This document shows positions 27,119 through 35,324 of a stretch of 50,773 nt of DNA, piece after piece (the first letter of the stretch is position 1; each line of letters begins with the position of its first letter). The stretch comes from Candidatus Micrarchaeota archaeon. Lineage in GTDB: Archaea; Micrarchaeota; Micrarchaeia; Anstonellales; Bilamarchaeaceae. The position numbers and the translations under genes were made by a program. Location of the stretch: NCBI GenBank assembly GCA_043827025.1, contig JBDRPL010000020.1, positions 1-50,773 on the forward strand, written 5' to 3'. The notes beneath the pieces are model-generated. The model was not told the DNA's origin, made no database searches, and saw only the letters and a list, made by a program, of their open reading frames with translations.

Positions 27119-29247
27119 GCTTCCACCTCCTGTATCTCAAGCCAATGTTTGTCCATCTTGTCACCTTCCTGGTAAATCTCATCAGCCACAACCTTGTCCT
27201 TTGAGAGCATCAAAAGGCGCTTGGCTATGGCATCATTTCTCCCAGCATCTGAATCATCAGAGCCTATGTCAATTATGCAGAGGTACTTGTCTTGCTTGCC
27301 ATCCTTGACTGTGTAAACGCTCAAGTCATCGCCTACATAATAGATGGTCTTGCTGATGCCCTCTACCAAATATCCTTTGTCTGTCTTTTCTGCCTTGGAG
27401 AGCCTGACTGCATGCTCTATGAACTCCCTGCTCTTCCTAAGCTTGGCAAGCCTTTCCTTTTCCTGCTCCCGGTGCATGCTTACGTATGCCTTCTTGCCAT
27501 TCTCTATCAGGCCACCTATCTCTTTTGGTGAGATGCCTTCAAGCGCCTGGTACAAAAGCCGTATGGTTCTCTGCAGATATCCTCCCCCGCTCATCCCTAC
27601 CCTAACACTGTCAATATCCTTGCCAAGATTGAAAATGGCATTTGTGTTCTTCACCTTGTACTGCCTGCCTTCTATTGAGGTGTAAATCCGGTTCTTTTCC
27701 CTATGAAGGGGCAATGTGAGAAGCATGTTGGTTGCGTCATCTTCCTTCAGCAGGCAATTGTCTTCTGTCTTGTCAATCCTCAGCTTGAATTCCATCCCTC
27801 CCTGTTCCAGGGCTTTCTGGAGCTTGAGGTTGATCCTGCTAGTTTGCTTGAGCCAGGCATCATATTCTTCCTGTGATGCAGACTGCATGGAGATTTTTAC
27901 AGCTGATCCTGCATCTTCCTTGCTGATCCTGAAATTATTGATGTAAAGGTTTTTCCCCTTTTTCTCAATGCTTGCCTTGATACCCTTGACTTTCATCTCT
28001 TCCTTGCCTTCAAAGCCATAATCAATGGCACTCACTTCCCAGCTGTAGTTGTGGTGCTTGACATCTGGCTTTAGGATGTAGTCCACATAACCATGGAATA
28101 TTTCTATGAAATCCGGCCTTTCTTGGAAAAGGATGTTCTGGGATTCGATATACTCGCCAATCTTGCTCCCTGAAAATGCTATCCCTTGATAGCTGACGCT
28201 TTTCCTGGTGAATTCTATCCCTTGCCTTACTGCCTTGCCATTCTTGAAGGACTGCTCAACATTCCTGGCTAGCCTCTTCTTTGCGGTCTCTTCCTGCTCT
28301 TTTCTCTTGGCACTTAGGAGCTCAAGCCTTAATGCTGACTGCATGCTGTTGTACTTGTCTGCTGTCAAGAATATCCATTCATCTCGGCCACTGGCAAGCC
28401 TGGTTGATAGCACCTTGAGCTCTTCAACAGTGATCTTTTCGCAAAGCGGATCATCAAGCCAAATCTGGCCTTTGTCCCTCCACTCAAAAGGCAAGTAGAT
28501 CTCCCTGCCAGGGCAAACATAGTTGTATCTGGGGTCCCGGGGGGTGAAGGTTATCACTTTAAGGGCAACCCTTTTTACACGCTCCATCCACCTGCCACCA
28601 TACAGTCCGCAGCTCCTGTTCTTGTCAAAGTCTTCCTTTGCCTGGATAATGGCAACTCTCCTGTTGTTCCTGGAGAATACCTTGACTATCTTCGGCACAT
28701 TGGCTCTTGAATTGGATGATATCTCAGAATATGGCTCATCAAACAGCCAGTACAAGGCTTTCAGCTGCTTTTCCACAAGCTCGGGCCTTCGTTTCTTGTT
28801 CTTTTGCCTTTCATCGCTGCCGGCATACACATCATCGTACATGTCACCTAGCTCCTTGGGATAGTCATCTGCAAACCTGTCCATCACCCTGAGCTTCAGG
28901 TCATCGATTGACTCAGAAACATGCCTTATTTCTGCGTCCAGTGCCCTGTACTGGGCGATCTGGTGCAAAGTGTATATCTCTGCTGGCATGTCATTGAATT
29001 GCGCCAGGGTCTTGAAAAGGACCCTGCTCTTGGCTTTGGGGAGCGTTCCCTCGTGGGTTAGCCTTTTCAGTATGATCTGGTGCTTCTCATCATGGCTTAC
29101 GCAGACTGAAACTCCCTTCTTGACTGCCACAATGGCAAGGCCAGTCCTTTCAAAATGCTGCTGCTCTTCTTCGATATCCTTGAATTCTGCTTCAGTGATA
29201 TCTAGCTTTTTCAGGGAATTAAAAACCCTCAATGCATTTACGTCCAT
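27115..29247 (-). CDS. Large hypothetical protein; C-terminal ~100 aa possibly E2/UBC-like
   Basis: Overlaps ThiF start; C-terminal beta-meander GYLVEG/IYYV/SVYTV, then YLCII and a helix DAIAKRLLML. CDS is secure, E2 call is inference. Confidence 0.6.
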   Translation of the reverse strand: MDVNALRVFNSLKKLDITEAEFKDIEEEQQHFERTGLAIVAVKKGVSVCVSHDEKHQIILKRLTHEGTLPKAKSRVLFKTLAQFNDMPAEIYTLHQIAQYRALDAEIRHVSESIDDLKLRVMDRFADDYPKELGDMYDDVYAGSDERQKNKKRRPELVEKQLKALYWLFDEPYSEISSNSRANVPKIVKVFSRNNRRVAIIQAKEDFDKNRSCGLYGGRWMERVKRVALKVITFTPRDPRYNYVCPGREIYLPFEWRDKGQIWLDDPLCEKITVEELKVLSTRLASGRDEWIFLTADKYNSMQSALRLELLSAKRKEQEETAKKRLARNVEQSFKNGKAVRQGIEFTRKSVSYQGIAFSGSKIGEYIESQNILFQERPDFIEIFHGYVDYILKPDVKHHNYSWEVSAIDYGFEGKEEMKVKGIKASIEKKGKNLYINNFRISKEDAGSAVKISMQSASQEEYDAWLKQTSRINLKLQKALEQGGMEFKLRIDKTEDNCLLKEDDATNMLLTLPLHREKNRIYTSIEGRQYKVKNTNAIFNLGKDIDSVRVGMSGGGYLQRTIRLLYQALEGISPKEIGGLIENGKKAYVSMHREQEKERLAKLRKSREFIEHAVRLSKAEKTDKGYLVEGISKTIYYVGDDLSVYTVKDGKQDKYLCIIDIGSDDSDAGRNDAIAKRLLMLSKDKVVADEIYQEGDKMDKHWLEIQEVEA

Positions 29248-29337
29248 TTTCTCACCTCAGAATAAGAATGAATTGCCACCAGGGTCACGGCTAGATGATT
29301 CGCAAGGCCTGATGGTCAATCCGAAAAATATCAAAAA

Positions 29338-29664
29338 TTAAAGCAGCTCCTCCTCTTCGATGCCGTCATAGCTCCCAGCGGCACTGCTGTTGCTGTTGCT
29401 GCTGCCATTGCTGCCTTTCCCGTTCACCTCAGAGAACCTGAGAGACTCGTATATCTTTCTTGCCAGGAGCTCAATATCAGGAAGATCCTGGGCTCTCATG
29501 CCATGGGTTGACTGCCATTTCCCATCCTTGTCCTTGTAATTTCTCTCAAAGTTCACTGTGTAGTACTCGGATTCCTTGCCTTTGAAGGTTCCTGTGTTCT
29601 TCCACACAATTGCTGTAACTCCGCCGCACCTAAGTTTTTTCTCTGGTTGGTTAGCCATTTTCAT
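29338..29664 (-). CDS. Putative PC4/Whirly-like ssDNA-binding protein with acidic tail
   Basis: PEKKLRCGGVTAIVWKN...YTVNFERNYKDKDGKWQSTHGMRAQDLP; tail DGIEEEELL. Confidence 0.65.
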   Translation of the reverse strand: MKMANQPEKKLRCGGVTAIVWKNTGTFKGKESEYYTVNFERNYKDKDGKWQSTHGMRAQDLPDIELLARKIYESLRFSEVNGKGSNGSSNSNSSAAGSYDGIEEEELL

Positions 29665-29720
29665 TCACGTCCTTCCAGCTTCTCTAATTGGAAGCAGGAA
29701 TTTTTCAAAAGCATGAAAAT

Positions 29721-30020
29721 TCATGCTTCAGCCACCTTCAGCAGGATGTTTACTCCTCTTGTCTTCTTGTCAAGGCCTGTTACTTGGGTTGCGAAGCATT
29801 CCACCTTGATCCCGGCATCGATGATCGGAGCTATCTCAAATGCCAGCTGCCTTTTCACATAGCCGAGCTCAGCGCCTTTTGCAGTCAAAACTTTCACTGC
29901 ATTCCGGTCATAGGCACAACTTGGCTCTCTTTTCAGGACAAGCTCCTCTCCTTCTTTGACATCAGCCAAGGCTCCCTGGTGCAATGAGATGCCAGCTATC
30001 TTGGAGTTGATCTCTTTCAT
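29721..30020 (-). CDS. HIRAN domain protein
   Basis: IAG, LVLKREP...YDRNAVKV, LGYV. Confidence 0.9.
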   Translation of the reverse strand: MKEINSKIAGISLHQGALADVKEGEELVLKREPSCAYDRNAVKVLTAKGAELGYVKRQLAFEIAPIIDAGIKVECFATQVTGLDKKTRGVNILLKVAEA

Positions 30021-30406
30021 GCTCCCACCTCAGCAATGCTGCATGCGATAATGGCGCGCTCCAGAAGGATCTCAAACACTTTCTGCTCTCCCTCATTGAG
30101 CTGCTTTCTAAGATCCTCAATCCTTACCCACACCAGGTTGTTGTCATCCCTGTTCACCCATATTCTCTTCTTCTGCTCCTTGAAGGAATGGTAGAAAGAT
30201 ATCTGCTTCTGCCGTCCTTCGAGCACCTTGAGTATCTGGCCGGCTTCATCATCGCCAAGCTTGGCTTTCTGCCAGTCCCATTCCTCGCCGTTCTTCTTGC
30301 CAACATGCAGGTACATGCTTTTCTTGGCCTGGTTGAACTGTAATTTCAAGGCTGACTGCTTGGACATGAAGGCTTTGTTTATCAATAGTTGTTGCATCTT
30401 TTTCAC
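30017..30406 (-). CDS. Whirly-like putative ssDNA-binding protein
   Basis: SALKLQF...WDW..AKL..DEAGQIL...SFYH...LNEGEQKVFEILL; duplicated beta-beta-beta-alpha pattern. Confidence 0.5.
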   Translation of the reverse strand: MKKMQQLLINKAFMSKQSALKLQFNQAKKSMYLHVGKKNGEEWDWQKAKLGDDEAGQILKVLEGRQKQISFYHSFKEQKKRIWVNRDDNNLVWVRIEDLRKQLNEGEQKVFEILLERAIIACSIAEVGA

Positions 30407-30407
30407 C

Positions 30408-30590
30408 TCATAATTTGCTTAGCTGAATCTCAACTTCATCATCCACAATATCCCTGTGGAACCTGTATCTTACATCTCCGGCTTCTACTAGCGCCCGGGC
30501 AAAGCCTTTAAGGTCTCCTGCCTTGTACAGGCTGAAGGCTTGCTGCACTTTTTCTCGTAGAATTCCCATGTTGATCACCTTATAGCTCAA
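30408..30590 (-). CDS. Small hypothetical protein
   Basis: In the gene array; AGGTGA RBS suggests start at MGILRE. Confidence 0.55.
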   Translation of the reverse strand: MSYKVINMGILREKVQQAFSLYKAGDLKGFARALVEAGDVRYRFHRDIVDDEVEIQLSKL

Positions 30591-30912
30591 ATATGCCCTG
30601 CTTTACTGAAAAGCCTGCCTTTCCAAGGTCTTCAATCAGCTTTTTTTCTGATTCCTCAGATTCTTTACAGATCTCTTTTCTTTCGTGGTCAAAATTGAGC
30701 TTGGCTCCGTTGCTCTTCTCAAACCTGATGATAAGATCTGAGCTGGCTGACTCGATTGCTGTTGCTACTGTCTTGCTGCTTATCATGGGCAAGGTATGCT
30801 CAGCTGTCTTGGCCGGATATGTTTCAAACAAAGTTGCCACCCTGACATCTTTGATCTGCCTTTCTTTGCACTCTTTTAAAAAATCATCCAGTCCTGCAAC
30901 CCGAAGTTTCAT
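30580..30912 (-). CDS. Hypothetical protein (110 aa)
   Basis: GGAGGTGA RBS before ATG 30912. Confidence 0.75.
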   Translation of the reverse strand: MKLRVAGLDDFLKECKERQIKDVRVATLFETYPAKTAEHTLPMISSKTVATAIESASSDLIIRFEKSNGAKLNFDHERKEICKESEESEKKLIEDLGKAGFSVKQGIFEL

Positions 30913-31012
30913 CTGTTTCACCTCCAATAATGCCTCAATTTCCAATCGTTGAGGTTTCTTCTCAAAAGAAGGAAGAAACCGATATGTTGTCTAGCCTATC
31001 TCAAAACAAAGG

Positions 31013-31399
31013 TTAACTGGGAAATTTTGGTCTCTTTGTTGGCATGCGGTGAACCGCTTTGCCTTTGTAATACAGCAGCTCCACAGTGTCAAGGTCTCTG
31101 TAATCGTGCGGAGTCTCTACGTTTCTTAGCTGCCTTAGCCTTTCATCAAAAAACCATTCTTTCCCGTCTTCTTCTACTATCGGCAACATTGTTACCATAT
31201 GTTCACCTCCTTTCAATAATTCCAGCAGCCTGGATTTGGCATGCCCTGAAAAATCGGTTATCCGGTCTTCCTGTTTCCATGCTTGCATGTCCCTGCTGTC
31301 CAGAAACTCTTCATTGCATTTCACAAAACTCCTGTAGAGCAGAAGCAGCTTCTCATCAAATTCTTGCTCTTCTGCCTCGTAATCTGGCCTGATGCACAT
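31013..31399 (-). CDS. Hypothetical protein with strong internal in-frame start at 31198
   Basis: GAGGTGA RBS before 31399 and AGGAGGTGA before 31198. Confidence 0.7.
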   Translation of the reverse strand: MCIRPDYEAEEQEFDEKLLLLYRSFVKCNEEFLDSRDMQAWKQEDRITDFSGHAKSRLLELLKGGEHMVTMLPIVEEDGKEWFFDERLRQLRNVETPHDYRDLDTVELLYYKGKAVHRMPTKRPKFPS

Positions 31400-31470
31400 T
31401 GGCTTCACCTCTATTGGAGTGAGATTTCTCTCTATGAAAAGAAGAGAAATCGAACTATTGCAGATAATAT

Positions 31471-32355
31471 TCAGGCCTTTGTCCTGGTTTCTGCAATCCT
31501 GCAGTATTCTTCAGCTATTCCTTTTATTGCTGGGTTGTTGGATAGCTGGTCTGCCTGGCTGGCGGTGTAATATTCAAACTTCATGCCGTGCCGTGAGAAG
31601 TAAGTCAAAGGTTTTTTGCTGTTTCTGCATTGTTTCTTTATCTTGCTCCTGTACTTTTTCCATAGTTTTTTGTCATGATAGGAATACATTCCACTCCTTT
31701 CACAAATCTCGCTTACCGAGTACAAAGCTTGCCTGCTGAGTTTGCATTTCCGAAGATGTTCTATTGCTGAGATTGCATGGTAGCTGAATATGCTGTTTTC
31801 TCTAAGGTTTTTCATTTGCAGGTCTATCCATCTCTCCCTGAAGGTTTTGATGAACTTAATCTTCCTGAAGCTGGGAATAATTGGCTGGTAATTTGAAATA
31901 TGGGCGTTCATGTAGTCATCTGCATAATGCTCTATTTTCCTGCTTATTTCATACATCTGGCTATGGAGCTTCCAAGCATTCGGGCTGTGACTGCCTGCTC
32001 TCTTTCCAATCTTGTCATGCTTCTGGGAAAGGAGCCTTCCATTCCCTTGGATGTAATGGACATGGTGGCCTATCTCATGGTAGAGAGTAAGGGCTATCTC
32101 TCTAAGAAAGGCGTGATAGTAGTTGTTGTCATGCACCAGGTATTTTTCGATTTTTTCCTTGATGCTCCAAAGGAATACTCTTGCAGTCCTTTTTTCATAG
32201 CAGTAATCGCCATAGCCGTATCTACGTCTTTCCTTTTTCTGCGGGTGAAGCATAATGATGATTGCCTTCAGTTGCTTTAAATCTCTGCAAGGGATTTGCC
32301 TTAGCATGCTTTGGATTATGGATGGTGATATCAGATTTCCAGTAATTATTTTCAT
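31471..32355 (-). CDS. Zincin-like metallopeptidase-domain protein
   Basis: LYHEIGHHVH...IEHYADDY. Confidence 0.7.
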   Translation of the reverse strand: MKIITGNLISPSIIQSMLRQIPCRDLKQLKAIIIMLHPQKKERRRYGYGDYCYEKRTARVFLWSIKEKIEKYLVHDNNYYHAFLREIALTLYHEIGHHVHYIQGNGRLLSQKHDKIGKRAGSHSPNAWKLHSQMYEISRKIEHYADDYMNAHISNYQPIIPSFRKIKFIKTFRERWIDLQMKNLRENSIFSYHAISAIEHLRKCKLSRQALYSVSEICERSGMYSYHDKKLWKKYRSKIKKQCRNSKKPLTYFSRHGMKFEYYTASQADQLSNNPAIKGIAEEYCRIAETRTKA

Positions 32356-32473
32356 AGGATGCACCTCACTTGGTTATAGAAAGTTGAACTTCAGGCACCG
32401 CTGTGGCTAAAATAGCGCGAGCCTAAAATAAAAAGGATAATGATATGCGAGCGCTTAAGTCAAAATTAAGAAA

Positions 32474-32773
32474 TCATGCCTTTGCAGGCATGGGGTTTTT
32501 AATGAGCATCTTATTATCTCTTGCAAGCTCAAACAGAAAATCTTCAACATCTATGCTTCTTGACATCTCTGAAGCCTCAACCCTTAAAGCTATCTCGTAA
32601 AGGTCATGGTAGATTATGCCTTTCTCCTCTTCCTGTAGGTTAAGGAACCATCCATACTCTGAGAGCACTTTTTCAAAATCTTCTTCAAGGTCTGCTGTGT
32701 CAAACAGAAGCTCACCGCAACGCTTGATGTGCTCTACTACCTTGTGGCATAGCCAATGGTTTGCTTCACTCAT
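32474..32773 (-). CDS. Hypothetical acidic protein (99 aa)
   Basis: AGGTGA RBS before ATG 32773; overlaps upstream gene. Confidence 0.7.
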   Translation of the reverse strand: MSEANHWLCHKVVEHIKRCGELLFDTADLEEDFEKVLSEYGWFLNLQEEEKGIIYHDLYEIALRVEASEMSRSIDVEDFLFELARDNKMLIKNPMPAKA

Positions 32774-33116
32774 CTTGCTCACCTTCAAAAGAAGAAGATG
32801 CTTCTTCTTCAGAAGCACCGTCTATTATCTCGTTGAGCAAATCTCTCAACTCTATCAGCTCATCTGATTTGTTGCACCAAATCTGCTGGTTGTTCCATGT
32901 GTCTTTATGCTTGCTGTATGTGCTGTACTGGATGCACGTCCTGATTCTGTTGAATGAGATTTCTGGTATGAAATCCCTCATGCTCTCATCTGCTGGCAAC
33001 TTGACCATGTTCATCTTCATGACTGTCACCTGAAACCTGCCTTCGCGTGCCTTGTTTACTATCTCTGCACTACCTATCTGCTTCAGTTCATATTCTACTT
33101 TTTGCTTTTGTTTCAT
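32766..33116 (-). CDS. Hypothetical protein, first gene downstream of the structured element; acidic tail
   Basis: GAGGT RBS; IQYSTYSKHKDTWNNQQIWC..DELIELRDLL weakly PC4-like. Confidence 0.7.
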   Translation of the reverse strand: MKQKQKVEYELKQIGSAEIVNKAREGRFQVTVMKMNMVKLPADESMRDFIPEISFNRIRTCIQYSTYSKHKDTWNNQQIWCNKSDELIELRDLLNEIIDGASEEEASSSFEGEQDE

Positions 33117-33225
33117 TTTATTTACCTCTTGAAACCTTCATCTAGCCGTGAAGATTTCTTTTCTTCACCCTGAATAGAAAAGAAATCAAACAGAAACGAA
33201 AGGAGTCTGCGAGAAAAAGAAGCGG

Positions 33226-33459
33226 GAAGTACCTTGACACTCGAGCAAATCCTTCTTTTAATGGTTTAGCCAAGAGCGACCCTGCAAGGGGAAACCTTTA
33301 AAATGGAAGGTTTGCGTGTGCCAAGGAGTATTCAAGCCACTATTCTAGGCGTTTAGGCGACCATCCCGATGGATGGGAAAGATTTAAAATAAGGGGTTTG
33401 CGTATTAAGTCCAGCGAACCCCTTTTTAAAGCTTTAGCCGTGCAGAACGCCACTAGAAT
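33226..33459 (+). other. Large two-domain branched stem-loop element (ssDNA promoter/ssi or ncRNA candidate)
   Basis: Long imperfect inverted repeats 33232-33261/33298-33326, 33342-33354/33445-33459, 33383-33401/33414-33430, with inner hairpins. Confidence 0.75.
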
Positions 33460-33521
33460 TTGTTAATTTCAATTGTACATTTGCAAAGATTTTATTAAGT
33501 TGGCATAATAATAAAAATACA

Positions 33522-33878
33522 ATGAACTCAGATATCGCTGAGAGATACATAGGCTGTTGCGGTGCTTATTGTAAAACGTGCAAAGTATTTATTGAAGGAG
33601 TCTGCAAGGGCTGCAAATTAGGATATATTGAAGGAAAAAGGGACATTGGCAAAGCCAAATGCATTATGAAGATATGCTGTTTCAAAGAAAAGAAAATGGA
33701 AACTTGCGCTGATTGCCCTAAGTGTCCTGATTGCAATATCATTCACAATTTTTATAGCAAACGCGGATTCAAATACAAAAAATACAAGCAGGCTATTGAA
33801 TTCATCAAAAAAAACGGATATTCCAAGTTTGTCAAATTAGCTGATGAGTGGAATGGCCCTTATGGCAAACTGGAATAA
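33522..33878 (+). CDS. DUF3795-like Cys-rich protein
   Basis: GCCGAYCKTC...CKGC...C.MKICC...TCADC...C. Confidence 0.85.
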   Translation: MNSDIAERYIGCCGAYCKTCKVFIEGVCKGCKLGYIEGKRDIGKAKCIMKICCFKEKKMETCADCPKCPDCNIIHNFYSKRGFKYKKYKQAIEFIKKNGYSKFVKLADEWNGPYGKLE

Positions 33879-33974
33879 TCAACCATCCTTGCCTTTTCCT
33901 GAAGGGAAATATGCGAAGCATTTTTCATGCAACAAGAGAGGCATGATTTGAAAAATGATGCCGAACGGATTCAG

Positions 33975-34103
33975 TTATTCCATGCTGAAAAGGGCTTCCT
34001 CTTCAGAAGCCTTGCTCTTGCTGGCATTGTATTCCAAGTGGTACACTGTTTCATACAAGCACGCATTGCATATAACACCTAAGATATTGCAGACATTGCA
34101 CAT
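33975..34103 (-). CDS. Small 42-aa Cys-rich (CxxC...CxxC) protein, not in ORF track
   Basis: MCNVCNILGVICNACLYETVYHLEYNASKSKASEEEALFSME; GGAGG RBS. Confidence 0.55.
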   Translation of the reverse strand: MCNVCNILGVICNACLYETVYHLEYNASKSKASEEEALFSME

Positions 34104-34436
34104 TTTAAACTGCCTCCGGGCATTGCGCCCATGAGCGAGCTTGGTGCGGGCTCTGTAAGTGATTTTCGCGTTTTCATATTCCTTCTTCTCATCTTGTCAA
34201 AACATCTGCATTCAGCCTTTATTCAAAAGCAAGAAATAATGGGGAAACCGAAAATTACAATTAGGAGCCACGGTCGCTTCTTTTTGGGCGCTTGGCTGGA
34301 GGCTGAAAATGATGCATTGCCAATTCTTTGGTGATGTGCAGAAGGTGCTTGTGAAACAGTGGATACTGGAAAATGCCTGCATTAGCTGGCTTTCCTGAAG
34401 GGATGCCCCTTCACTTTTCATCAGAACAAATGTTTT

Positions 34437-35066
34437 TTAGATGAAATTGCACATTGAAGAAGAAGATTCAGAAAGGTCATGGAATTCCGGTTTGCCCTTT
34501 TCTTTCTCAAATTCCTGCCTTAATATGCTGTATCTGACAAGATCCTTCCATTTCCTTTTTTTCAAATAAGCCTGCCTGCTTCTGCCTTCATAGACAAACC
34601 CGGATTTCTCAAGAACCCGCTGGGATGCTATGTTCCCATAGAAATGATCTGCTGCTATCCTATGCAACCGAAGCTTCCTGAAAGCAAATTTCAAAACAAG
34701 TTCTACGCATTCAGTCATGTAGCCTTGGTTCCTGTACTTGGCTCCAATCCAGTAGCCTATTGTTCCAGCCTTGTGCTTTTTGCTTTCTATGAAAAGGCTG
34801 ATCACTCCAACTGCTTCCTTGCCAGGCCTTGGAACTATCCCAAAAACATACCCTCTGCCGTATCTTGCTCTAGAATATGATCTCTGAATCAGCTTTTCTG
34901 CATTGCTTTTCTTGTAGGGAAATGAGATGCTTCCCAACCACATGGAAACATCCTTGTCATTCGCATTCTTTGCAATCGAATCCCTGTCAATCTGCTTTAG
35001 ATGCCTTAACACAACCCGCTTGCTTTTCAATAAAAAATATTTCTGCTTCATGTAACTTTTCAGCAC
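34437..35066 (-). CDS. GNAT N-acetyltransferase, RimJ/RimL family
   Basis: IGYWIGAKYRNQGYMTE, NIASQRVLEKSGFVYEG. Confidence 0.92.
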   Translation of the reverse strand: MLKSYMKQKYFLLKSKRVVLRHLKQIDRDSIAKNANDKDVSMWLGSISFPYKKSNAEKLIQRSYSRARYGRGYVFGIVPRPGKEAVGVISLFIESKKHKAGTIGYWIGAKYRNQGYMTECVELVLKFAFRKLRLHRIAADHFYGNIASQRVLEKSGFVYEGRSRQAYLKKRKWKDLVRYSILRQEFEKEKGKPEFHDLSESSSSMCNFI

Positions 35067-35324
35067 CTGAATATAATAAGCTTAACCAAGCATTTGTCCG
35101 GTAGAAAACATCAGAAAGAAACCCATAACTGAGGTTTTGTTGGGCTGGAACTGGCCGGAACCGCCTTCTTTTCAAAATCTAGAAGACAGCCAAGCTGATG
35201 AATTGCAAATAAAGGGGTTCCAAGCTTGAATTCAGCTGTAATCTTAAAACACCAAATATCCTGCCAAAATGACCATCTTAAGTCTCTCTGATCGATTGCA
35301 AAGGAGAGAAGAGATATGGGGAGC

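Larger units (their letters stand above)
25354..33188. repeat. Dispersed hairpin repeat family TGA(A)GRTTTCT-loop-AGAAAYC(GA) at 25354-25385, 30949-30982, 31420-31453, 33149-33188
   Basis: Four related inverted repeats read directly, each just upstream of the RBS of a minus-strand gene. Confidence 0.8.

Noticed and set aside
24713..33116. JAB/MPN deconjugase for the Ubl module
   Set aside because: No convincing HxH-x7-S-x2-D motif in any ORF; HSP in the zincin ORF lacks the surrounding pattern.
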